64,000 bases of DNA from contig CAVOFT010000001.1 in assembly GCA_963695095.1 (NCBI GenBank), positions 2,400,001 to 2,464,000 on the forward strand, given 5' to 3'. Made by a program: the position numbers and the translations under genes. The DNA comes from an uncultured bacterium (GTDB lineage Bacteria; Krumholzibacteriota; Krumholzibacteriia; JACNKJ01). The notes under the pieces were generated by a model that ran no database searches, was not told the origin of the DNA, and saw only the letters and a program-made list of their open reading frames with translations. The first letter of the stretch is position 1. Each line of letters begins with the position of its first letter. Below are positions 1 through 9,557 of the stretch, piece by piece.

Positions 1-2067
1 GATCGTCGGGTCGACACCCTGGGCGCGCAGCAGCACCTCGACGCCGGAGCCCGGGCTGAAGAGGTCGTAGCGCAGGCCGCCGTTGACGACCATGCCCCGG
101 TACTCCCAGCGATCCTGGATGTAGAAGGCGGTCTGCGGCGCGTAATTGTGGAAGATGTTCGCGCTGGTGCCCTGGCCCGTGCCCAGCACCCGCCCCGTCT
201 GGTCGTCGATGAGGATGCGCGTGCGCCCCGGCGATGTCAGCTGCTCGTTGTACATGTCGTTGTACTGGGCGAGGTAGCCGGTCTTGATCTTGTGGCCCGC
301 GGCCTGGCTGGTGAGGTCGAACTTGAGGATCCAGCTCACGGACTGGCGATCGAAGTAGGTCGGATAGTCATAGGCCGAAGCCAGGAAGGGATTCTCGGGG
401 TCCGTGTAGTAGATCTCCCCGGCCACCGAGCGCACCGTGGCGCCGTTGTGCAGGGTGGCGGGCTGCCCCGCGGTCTCGTACTCCGTGGGCGACTTGTCGC
501 CGACGGCGCTATGGCGCTTGAAGTCCAGCCGCGTCAGGGCGAACTTGTAATAGACCTTTTCGCTGATGTTGTGGATGGCCACGAACTTCACGCTGTTCGT
601 GAAGTTGTCGCTCGAGGTCGTGTGCTCGGCGGAGTTGTAGTAGGCCTGCGAGGAGTCGTCCTGGACGTAGCTCCAGCGGCTGAGCGTGTCGATGAAGCCG
701 TCGAACAGCTCGTCCGTGAGCACGAGGAATTCGGTGCCCGAATAGGCGCTCCTGACGCGCATCGCATCCGCGACCTCGTAGACATTCGCGCCGGCCCCCG
801 AGGGCTTGTACTTGATGAGCACCTTCTCGAAGCTGGTGGGCAACCCCTGGCGCTGCTTCTCCTTGTTGGCCAGATAGGTGTCGTACCAGGGGCCATGCAG
901 CACGGGCATGGTGCCGCGGACGACGTAGAAGTAGTGGTCGCCCTGCGTGTCGGACTCGCCGCTCAGCTCGATGCGCTCGAACATGTGCAGGCGATTGACG
1001 TAGCCCTCCTGGTTCCAGTTGTGGATGTAGGGATCGTTCTTGTCCCAGGCGGCGCTGCTCTCGAGGTTCAGCTTGAGATCCTGATTGAGCTTCCAGGTCA
1101 GCTTGTTCTGCAGGTTCAAGCCGGCGTCGGCGCGGTCCTTGAACTTGAAGAGCCCGTTCATCGCCGTCCACTGCTCGCGGCGATCGCGCGTGAGATCCTC
1201 GCCGTCGCTGCCTTCGGCTTCCGCCGAGAGGAACCAGCGGAAGTCCTCGCTGAGGAGTGGCCCGCCGATGCCCACGGCCAGGCGATCGTAGTTCGTGTAG
1301 GTCTTATCCTGGCGGCCGTAGTCGTCCGTCCAGTAGCGCAGGGAGCCTTCGAACTGGCTGCCGCCCTCGCGGGTGACGATGTTGAAGACCGCCGACTGGG
1401 CATTGCCGAATTCGGCGTCCATGCCGCCGATAACGGCCTCGGCCTCGGCAACCGCGACATTGGAGACCTGCACCGCGCCGCCCAGGGGGTCATTCACGGG
1501 CACGCCGTCGATCATCATCGAGACTTCGCCGGAGCGGCCGCCGCGCACGTAGAGGTCGCCGCCCTTCATCGTGATGCCGGCTTCGAGGGCCATCGCCTCC
1601 TGCACGTTGTCCACGGCGAAGGCGTTGAGGTCTTCCTGATCCTTCGATTTCTTCGACTCGGAGGTCTTCACGTCGACGAGGGGCGCCTCCCCCTCGACGA
1701 TGAAGGTCTTCTCGGCGAGGGCCACGCCCTGCTTGAGCTCGAAGTCGATGTTGACGGTCTTCTCGCTGCTCACCGCCACGCCCTCGCGGCGGCTCGACTC
1801 GTAGCCGAGGTAGGTGGCCACGATGGTATAGGTGCCGGCGGGCAGCACGAACTGGAAGCTGCCGTCCTCCAGGGTCATGGCGCCAAAATTGGTGCCCTCG
1901 ACGACCACATTGGCCGCAAGCAAGGGCTCGCCCGTCTGCTGGTTGACGACCTGGCCGCGGACGGTGCCCGGAGATTGGGCCGCGGCGAGCGCAGGAACAA
2001 GGAGCAGGCTCAGGAGTAGGCTGGCGGCGAACCAGCGACGACCGTTCATGAGGGTCCCCCTAGGCAT
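1..2067 (-). CDS. TonB-dependent receptor with N-terminal carboxypeptidase-regulatory-like domain (Oar-like); 3' end runs off the window
   Basis: Translated by hand (not in the ORF track because the stop is outside the window). Signal peptide MNGRRWFAASLLLSLLLVPALAAAQ, then GTVRGQVVNQQTGEPLLAANVVVEGTNFGAMTLEDGSF...TYLGYE, then plug motifs LYVRGGRSGEVSMMIDGVPVND and GGMDAEFGNAQSAVFNIVTREG. Alternative ATG at 2049. Confidence 0.9.
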   Translation of the reverse strand, partial: MPRGTLMNGRRWFAASLLLSLLLVPALAAAQSPGTVRGQVVNQQTGEPLLAANVVVEGTNFGAMTLEDGSFQFVLPAGTYTIVATYLGYESSRREGVAVSSEKTVNIDFELKQGVALAEKTFIVEGEAPLVDVKTSESKKSKDQEDLNAFAVDNVQEAMALEAGITMKGGDLYVRGGRSGEVSMMIDGVPVNDPLGGAVQVSNVAVAEAEAVIGGMDAEFGNAQSAVFNIVTREGGSQFEGSLRYWTDDYGRQDKTYTNYDRLAVGIGGPLLSEDFRWFLSAEAEGSDGEDLTRDRREQWTAMNGLFKFKDRADAGLNLQNKLTWKLNQDLKLNLESSAAWDKNDPYIHNWNQEGYVNRLHMFERIELSGESDTQGDHYFYVVRGTMPVLHGPWYDTYLANKEKQRQGLPTSFEKVLIKYKPSGAGANVYEVADAMRVRSAYSGTEFLVLTDELFDGFIDTLSRWSYVQDDSSQAYYNSAEHTTSSDNFTNSVKFVAIHNISEKVYYKFALTRLDFKRHSAVGDKSPTEYETAGQPATLHNGATVRSVAGEIYYTDPENPFLASAYDYPTYFDRQSVSWILKFDLTSQAAGHKIKTGYLAQYNDMYNEQLTSPGRTRILIDDQTGRVLGTGQGTSANIFHNYAPQTAFYIQDRWEYRGMVVNGGLRYDLFSPGSGVEVLLRAQGVDPTI

Positions 2068-2205
2068 GGCGCTGCGCTCCCTTCAGTCTTCGGCGCTCCT
2101 CAGCAGCAGGCCGGGCCAGCCAAGAGCCGGGCGGGGCTGGCTGCGGCAAAAGCCTTGGCGCTGCGAATCACCGATCGATGGGGGGAATTCAGCCTGGTCG
2201 TGGTT

Positions 2206-2231
2206 AATGTAGGGATTGGCAAGGGCTTGAG

Positions 2232-2235
<4 letters not shown>
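2206..2235 (-). promoter_or_regulatory. Candidate sigma70 promoter for the TonB-dependent receptor
   Basis: TTGACT-18 nt-TACATT on the minus strand in an AT-richer patch, overlapping the oppF stop. Confidence 0.4.
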
Positions 2236-3223
<988 letters not shown>

Positions 3224-3227
<4 letters not shown>

Positions 3228-4225
3228 GCGCCGGCCTCCCCCGCCAGCCAGCAGCGCACGGCGTGGTCGGCCGCCAGGGGCCGCAGCGCCTGCGGCTCGG
3301 CGCAGCCCGCCCGCGCCTGCGGGCAGCGATCCCGGAAGCGGCAACCCCGCGGCGCCCGGCCGGGCGGGGGCACGCTGCCGGGAATGCCGGCGAGCGGCGA
3401 GCGGCGGTCGATGCGCGGCAGGCTGGCGAGCAGGGCCTGCGTGTAGGGGTGAGCCGGGGTCGCGAAGAGCGCCGGGGCCGGCGCCGACTCCACGATCTGG
3501 CCCGCGTACATGACGAGTACCTCGCCGCCGAGCTCGGCCACCACCGCCAGGTCATGGGTGATGAAGAGCAGGGCCAGGCCCCGGCGCTCCCGCAGCGCCG
3601 CCAGCAGCGCCAGCACCTGCGCCTGCAGGCTGACGTCCAGGGCCGTCGTCGGTTCATCGGCGATCAGCAGGGCCGGATCGCAGGCCAGGGCCATGGCGAT
3701 CAGGGCCCGCTGCCGCAGGCCGCCGCTCAGCTCGTGCGGATAGGCCCGCAGGCGCTGGACGGGCGCGGGCACGCCGACCTCTGCCAGCAGCTCGGCGGCG
3801 CGCGCGCGCGCGGCCGCTCGCGAGAGGCCCCGCTGCGCCCGCAGGCCCTCGCCGATCTGCGTGCCGATCGTGAGCACCGGGTTCAGGCTGGTCATCGGTT
3901 CCTGGAAGACGAAGGCCATCTCCGCGCCCCGCAAGCGGCGCTGCTCGCGCTCGCCGAGCCCGCCGATCTCCCGGCCCCGCCAGAGGAAACGCTCGCTGCG
4001 GCGAACGAGCTCGGGGGGTAGCAGACCGGGGAGCGCGAGCGCGCTCAGGCTCTTGCCGCAGCCCGACTCCCCCACCAGGCAGAGCGTCTGACCCGCGTGG
4101 AGCTCGAGGTCGATACCGTCGACGAGAGCCAGCGGCGGTCGGACGCCGCGCAGCTCCACCCGGAGACCGCCCAGGGACAGCAGCGGCTCGGGGGCGGGGA
4201 GGGCTTGCGCGCTGATGGCGTCCAC
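3224..4225 (-). CDS. oppD: Oligopeptide/dipeptide ABC transporter ATP-binding subunit (OppD/DppD type)
   Basis: [53 protein letters not shown] motifs. Confidence 0.9.
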
Positions 4226-4260
4226 GCGACTCGCTCCAGACCCGCGCGCGCGGCGCGGAC

Positions 4261-5014
4261 TCAGACCCAGACGACGGCGAATTCCTCGGCGAAGGCCGCG
4301 GCGAGGGCGGCCTCGAGCACCGCCCGCGCGGGCAGCGCGGGCAGCAGCTCGCCCAGGGACACCGACTGCTGGGCCAGAGCTTCTTGGTAACGCAGGCGGC
4401 GCGGCGGGTCCAGCGGAAGCAGCTGGGCCAGCTCGAGGTGGGCCCGGCCGAGCGGCAGGGAGCCGTGCTGGAGAAAGGCGCGGCGGCCGCGCCGCTGGGC
4501 AGAGCCGGCCAGCTTGCGCCCGCCCAGCTCGAGCTCGGCCAGACCCGGCGCGGCGAAGCAGGGCGCCGGACTGCGGGGGTCCAGGTCCGCCGCGGGGGCC
4601 GGCCGCGTCAGGACCACGTCCAGGCCGAGTCCGCGGTAGAAGCGCAGCAGGGCGCCGGCAACGGCGCGGTGGGTGGCGGCCAGGCCGGCGGCGAAGGGCC
4701 CGGCCAGCGGTGCCGCCAGGCAGTAGGTGATCTCATCGGCGTGGAGGACGGCCCGGCCGCCCGTCGGCCGCCGCACCCAGTCGTAGCCTCGCGCGGCGAG
4801 GGCACTCAGGTCCAGCGCGCGCTCCGGATCCTGATGGCTGCCCAGCGAGACCGCCCAGGGCTGCCAGGCATAGAGGCGCAGCGCCGGCAGGGCGCCGGCC
4901 GCCTCGCTCTCCAGCGCGCTGAAGAGCGTCCGTGTCCCGGCGCATGTTGGTGGCGGCGTCGGCGGCGCCATCGCGAAGCAGGCGCCAGGTGCCCGGCAGG
5001 GAGGGCGCGCTCAG
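4261..5014 (-). CDS. Lipoate-protein ligase / LipM-type octanoyltransferase, with an apparent +1 frameshift near 4930
   Basis: N-terminus TWRLLRDGAADAATNMRRD is in one frame; LRLYAWQPWAVSLG, VRRPTGGRAVLH, CF, KLAGSAQRR and LQHGS are in the next frame. Adjacent to the gcv genes. Start inferred at a CTG overlapping the gcvPB stop. Confidence 0.8.
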
Positions 5015-6555
5015 GAGCCGGACCTGGTTTCGGCCGCGGGCAGGCCCGCCGGGGTGGCCGCGGAGCGGTCCCGGGGATCGGGGGCGCCGCCCGCCTCGGC
5101 CAGGGGCTGGACCACCTCGAGCAGCTTGGCAGCGCGCGCCTCGTCCAGCCTGCCGACCGGCGTCAGGTGCGGCGCCCCGGTGAGCAGGCTGGGTTCGCGC
5201 TTGGCCTCCCCCACGATGCGCTCGATGAGGCCGACGAAGGTGTCCAGGGTCTCCATGGACTCGGTCTCCGTGGGCTCGATCATCAGGGCCTCGGGCACGA
5301 TGAGCGGGAAGTAGACCGTGGGCGCGTGGACGCCGAAGTCGAGCAGGCGCTTGGCGATGTCCGTCGTGCGCACGCCGTACTTGCGCAGGCCGCTGCCGCT
5401 GGCGACGAACTCGTGCATGCAGGGGCCCGAGTGCGGAATCTCGAGCACACCCTTGAGACGAGCCTGGAGGTAGTTCGCGTTCAGCACGGCTCCGGCGCTG
5501 ATGTCCGCCAGGCCGTCGCCCCCGTAGCGCAGGATGTAGGCGTAGGCGCGCAGCAGCATGCCGAAATTGCCGTGACGGCCATGGACGTCCCCCACGCTCT
5601 TCGTGGCGCGCTCCGCGCGCAGGACCGCGCGCTGCGCGCTCGGCTCCTCACCGGCGCCATCCTGGACGATGCGCAGGCCGGGCAAGTAGTCGGCGAGCCC
5701 GGTGCGCACGCCGACGGGACCGGCGCCGGGACCGCCGCCGCCGTGCGGCGTGGAGAAGGTCTTGTGCAGGTTCAGGTGCATCATGTCGAAGCCGATGTCG
5801 CCCGGCCGCACGCGGCCGACGAGGGCGTTCATGTTGGCGCCGTCCATGTAGAGCAGGGCGCCGGCGGCGTGCGTCTGCGCCGCGATGGCCTCGATCTCGG
5901 CCTCGAAGAGGCCCAGCGTGTTCGGATTGGTCAGCATCACCGCGGCGACCTTGTCGTCGAGGGCCGCCGCCAGGGCATCCATGTGCAGCAGGCCGTCCTC
6001 GCCGGACTTGACCGTGAGCGAGCGCAGGCCGGCCATCGCCACGCTGGCCGGATTGGTGCCGTGGGCGCTGTCGGGAATGATGACGACCTCGCGCGCCTCG
6101 CCGCGATCCTCGTGATAGCGGCGGGCGATCTTCATCGCCACGTACTCGCCCTGGGCCCCGGCCGCCGGCTGCAGCGTGAAGGCCGCCAGCCCCGTGATCG
6201 CGACCAGCGCCTGCTCGAGCGCCTGCATCAAGGCGAGGCAGCCCTGGACCGTCTCGGTCGGCTGGGCCGGATGGCAGCCGGCGAAGCCGGGGAGGGCGGC
6301 CAGCTGCTCGTTCTGCACGGGGTTGTACTTCATCGTGCAGGACCCCAGGGGATAGAAGCCCCGGGCGATCGAGTGGTTGAGCAGGGATAGCCCCACGTAG
6401 TGGCGCAGGACGTCCAGCTCGCTGAGGGCGGGCAGACCCAGAGGCGCGCGGCGCCGCTTCGCCGCGGCCAGGCGGGCGCTGCCGGCGGGCAGGCCGGCGG
6501 GCAGGCGGAAGCCGGGGCGACCCGGGCGGCTCTTGTCGAAGATCGTCTGGCTCAT
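5011..6555 (-). CDS. gcvPB: Glycine dehydrogenase (decarboxylating) subunit 2
   Basis: MSQTIFDKSRPGR start, FYPLGSCTMKYNP, QPAAGAQGE, SAHGTNPAS, LNLHKTFSTPHGGGGPG (PLP lysine), MIEPTETES. Confidence 0.95.
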   Translation of the reverse strand: MSQTIFDKSRPGRPGFRLPAGLPAGSARLAAAKRRRAPLGLPALSELDVLRHYVGLSLLNHSIARGFYPLGSCTMKYNPVQNEQLAALPGFAGCHPAQPTETVQGCLALMQALEQALVAITGLAAFTLQPAAGAQGEYVAMKIARRYHEDRGEAREVVIIPDSAHGTNPASVAMAGLRSLTVKSGEDGLLHMDALAAALDDKVAAVMLTNPNTLGLFEAEIEAIAAQTHAAGALLYMDGANMNALVGRVRPGDIGFDMMHLNLHKTFSTPHGGGGPGAGPVGVRTGLADYLPGLRIVQDGAGEEPSAQRAVLRAERATKSVGDVHGRHGNFGMLLRAYAYILRYGGDGLADISAGAVLNANYLQARLKGVLEIPHSGPCMHEFVASGSGLRKYGVRTTDIAKRLLDFGVHAPTVYFPLIVPEALMIEPTETESMETLDTFVGLIERIVGEAKREPSLLTGAPHLTPVGRLDEARAAKLLEVVQPLAEAGGAPDPRDRSAATPAGLPAAETRSGS

Positions 6556-7905
6556 GCGGCCGCCTCCGCGAGGAAGGCCACGAGGCGATCGAGCTCGGCC
6601 GGGCCGTGCTTCTCCGATACCGTCACGAGCAGGCTGCTGGGCCCCAGGGCGGGGAAGTCCTCGCCCAGGGCCAGGCCGGCGGCGATGCCGTGGGCGCGGC
6701 CGCGGCGAAGGAGCTCGACGGCCGCGATCGGTCCCTGGACGACGAATTCCTGGTAGATGTCGCCGGCGAAGGGCAGGCGGTAGCCGGGCAGAGCCTCGAT
6801 GCGCGCGGCCAGGTGACCGGCGCGCTCGGCCAGGCCCGCGGCCAGTTCGCGGAGGCCGGATTCGCCAAGGGTCGCCAGGTAGACGGTGGCCGCCAGGGCC
6901 ATCAAGCCCTGGTTCGTGCAGATGTTGCTCGTCGCCTTCTCCCGGCGGATGTGCTGCTCGCGCGTCTGCAGGGTGAGCACGAAGCCCGGCCGGCCCTGGG
7001 CGTCCACCGTGCGGCCGACGAGGCGCCCCGGCAGGCGGCGCACCAGCTCGCGGCTGACGCCCATGATGCCGAGATAGGGCCCGCCGAAGCTGAGGGGCAG
7101 CCCCAGGCTCTGGCCCTCCCCGGTGACGACGTCGGCGCCGAAGGCGCCCGGCGGCTCGAGCAGCCCCAGGCTGCTGGGCTCGACGTGCACGAGCAGCAGC
7201 GCGCCGGCGGCCTTGACCACAGGCGCCAGCAGGGCCAGGTCCTCGACGATGCCGAAGTGATTGGGCGACTGGACGACCACGGCGGCCGTGTCGCCGTCCA
7301 GCGCGGCGGCCAGTGCCTGCGGATCGAGCCCGCCCGTGGCGTCCCAGGGCAGCTCGCGGATCCTCAGGCCCAGGCCGTCGGCGTAGGTGGCCGCCACGCG
7401 GCGGCAGCCGGGCTCCAGGCTGGCCGGCAGGAGCAGGGTGCTGCGCCCCGTCGCGGCGCCGGCGAGGAGCAGAGCCTCGGCGAGGGCGCTGGCGCCGTCG
7501 TAGAGGGAGGCGTTGGCCACGGCCATGCCGGTCAGTCGGGCCATCAGTGTCTGGAATTCGAAGATGACCTGCAGGGTGCCCTGGGCCACCTCGGGCTGGT
7601 AGGGCGTGTAGGCCGAGTAGAACTCGGGCCGCGAGAGGATCTGACTCATCAGCGCCGGCTGGATGCGGTCGTAGGCGCCGCCGCCGGTGAAGTTGAGCAG
7701 GGCGCCGGCCGGCGCGTTCTGCGCGGCCAGTTCGCCGAGATCGGCGGCCGACGCTGTGCTCGTCCAGCCCCGGGGCGAGGGCGAGATCGCCTCGCCACCG
7801 GCTCGCCGCCGGCACGCTCGCGAAGAGCTCCTCGATGTCGGCGACGCCGATCGCGTCCAGCATCGCCCGGATCTCGCCGTCGGTATGGGGCAGGAAGCCG
7901 CGCAT
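6552..7905 (-). CDS. gcvPA: Glycine dehydrogenase (decarboxylating) subunit 1, with an apparent +1 frameshift near 7749
   Basis: MRGFLPHTDGEIRAMLDAIGV...GLDEHSV in one frame; AADLGELAAQN...FTGGGAYD, EFYSAYTPYQPEVAQGTLQ, NASLYDG, TREQHIRREKATSNICTNQ in the next frame. Confidence 0.9.
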
Positions 7906-8289
7906 CTACTCCCCTACCTGCTCGCGGTAGGCCTCGCTGTCCATGAGCTGCTCGAGCTCGGAGGGATCGCTCATCTTGATGCGCACCAGCCAGCCGTCGT
8001 GATAGGGCGACTGATTCACCAGCTCGGGGCGATCCGACAGCCCGCTGTTGATCTCGAGGATCTCGCCCGTCACCGGCGCATAGATCTCCTCGACGGTCTT
8101 GACCGCTTCGACGGTGCCGAAGGGATCGCCCTTGCCGACATGGGTGCCCGGCTCGGGCAGCTCGAGGTAGATGATGTCCCCCAGCTCGCCCTGGGCGTAG
8201 TCCGTGATGCCGATGGTGGCGACAGCGCCCTCCCCGCTCACCCACTCGTGATCCTTGGTGTAGTGCAACTCCGCCGGGATGTCGCTCAC
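7906..8289 (-). CDS. gcvH: Glycine cleavage system H protein
   Basis: YTKDHEWV, GITDYAQGELGDI, VEAVK (lipoyl lysine), VNQSPYHDGW; SD AAGGAG upstream of GTG. Confidence 0.97.
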   Translation of the reverse strand: MSDIPAELHYTKDHEWVSGEGAVATIGITDYAQGELGDIIYLELPEPGTHVGKGDPFGTVEAVKTVEEIYAPVTGEILEINSGLSDRPELVNQSPYHDGWLVRIKMSDPSELEQLMDSEAYREQVGE

Positions 8290-8359
8290 GACCTCTCCTT
8301 TTTTTCGCCCCCGGTTCCGCCGGAGGCCTGAGCCTCATGCGCGCGGCGCCGATAGCGAG

Positions 8360-8436
8360 CCTAGGCGCGTAGCGCCGGTTGCGACCCTAGGCGCGTAGCG
8401 CCGGTTGCGACCCTAGGCGCGTAGCGCCGTTTGCGA
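8360..8436. repeat. Three tandem copies of a 26-bp unit (CCTAGGCGCGTAGCGCCGGTTGCGAC); the last copy is the gcvT 3' end; a degenerate fourth copy lies near 8335-8358
   Basis: Copies at 8360-8385 and 8386-8411 are identical. The copy at 8412-8436 has one substitution and contains the gcvT stop. Confidence 0.9.
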
Positions 8437-9534
8437 ATAGAACGGCAGCTTCACCGTGGCCGCCGCCACGCGTGCGCCCCGAATGTCCACCGTCAGTGGC
8501 GGCGCTCCCGCGCCGGTCATGCGCCGCGCCACCAGCGCCATCGCCACGCTGCGCTCGAGGCTGGGCGCGAAGCTGCCGCTGCTGACGGCGCCCACGGCCA
8601 GGTCCTGGGCGTAGATACCGAAGCCCTGGCGAGCGATCTTGCGACCCGGCAGCGCGAGCCCCACGAGGCGCCGCGCCTCGGGATCGTCCTTGCGGACCCG
8701 CAGGGCATCGCGGCCAATGAAGTCGCCCTTGTCCACTTTCACAAGCCAGAAAAGTCCGGCCTCGAAGGGGTCCGTCGCCTCGTCCAGCTCGTGGCCGTAG
8801 AGGCAGTAGGACGCCTCGAAGCGCAGGGTGTCGCGCGCGCCGAGGCCGGCGGGCTTGAGGCCCTGCGCTTGCCCAGCCGCCATCAGCGCCTCGGCCACCG
8901 GCGTCGCCAGGGCGGGCGGCAGGTAGAGCTCGTAGCCCAGCTCGCCCGTGTAGCCCGTGCGGCTGAGGATCACCGGCGCGCCCTCCAGGGCGAACTCGAC
9001 GAAGTGATAGAAGGCGAGCCCGGCCAGCGCCGGCCGGACGGCGGCCAGGAGCGGACAGCTCGCCAGGATCGCCCGGCTGGCCGGGCCCTGCAGGGCGAGC
9101 TGGGCGAAGTCCGCCGAGGCGTCCCGCGCCTCGGGGCCGCGCGGCAGGCGCGCCCGCACCCAGGCCGCCATCTTGTCGCTGTTGGCCGCATTGACGACGA
9201 GCAGGAAGCGCTCCGGTCCGCGGCGATAGACCAGCAGGTCGTCGAGCACGCCGCCGTCCTCGCGACAGGCCACGGTGTAGAGCACCTGGCCGTCGGCGAG
9301 CTTCGCGCAGTCGTTGGTGACGAGCAGCTGCACGGCGGCAAGCGCGCCCGGTCCCTCGACGGTGATCTCGCCCATGTGGCTGACGTCGAAGAGCCCCGCC
9401 GCACTGCGCACGGCGCGGTGCTCGTCGAGCAGGCCGCTGTACTGCACCGGCAGCTCCCAGCCGGAGAAGTCGACCAGCTTGCCGCCCTGGCTGCGGTGCC
9501 AGGCGTTGAGGGCGGTCTTGCGCGGGCTGTCCGT
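8413..9534 (-). CDS. gcvT: Glycine cleavage system aminomethyltransferase T
   Basis: RKTALNAWH...GGKLVDFSGWELPVQY, GLFDVSHMGE, SRTGYTGELGYE, GLGARDTLRFEA. The frame is open upstream of the track start (9447) to SD AGGAGG followed by ATC/ACG. Confidence 0.95.
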   Translation of the reverse strand, partial: TDSPRKTALNAWHRSQGGKLVDFSGWELPVQYSGLLDEHRAVRSAAGLFDVSHMGEITVEGPGALAAVQLLVTNDCAKLADGQVLYTVACREDGGVLDDLLVYRRGPERFLLVVNAANSDKMAAWVRARLPRGPEARDASADFAQLALQGPASRAILASCPLLAAVRPALAGLAFYHFVEFALEGAPVILSRTGYTGELGYELYLPPALATPVAEALMAAGQAQGLKPAGLGARDTLRFEASYCLYGHELDEATDPFEAGLFWLVKVDKGDFIGRDALRVRKDDPEARRLVGLALPGRKIARQGFGIYAQDLAVGAVSSGSFAPSLERSVAMALVARRMTGAGAPPLTVDIRGARVAAATVKLPFYSQTALRA

Positions 9535-9557
9535 GATCGACCTCCTGCAGGCGGGAC

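Noticed and set aside
2068..2205. Cobalamin/TPP riboswitch ahead of the TonB-dependent receptor
   Set aside because: No B12 box or TPP consensus visible in the ~135-nt leader
5011..7905. 964-aa ORF the size of a single-chain GcvP
   Set aside because: Only the first ~52 aa (GcvPA) and the last ~514 aa (GcvPB) are real; the middle is off-frame Arg/Gly/Pro sequence created by the gcvPA frameshift
8360..8436. 26-bp repeats as a possible CRISPR array
   Set aside because: The copies are directly adjacent with no spacers, derive from the gcvT end, and no cas genes are present
9535..9557. Glycine riboswitch upstream of gcvT
   Set aside because: Only ~23 nt separate the uvrA stop from gcvT, so there is no room
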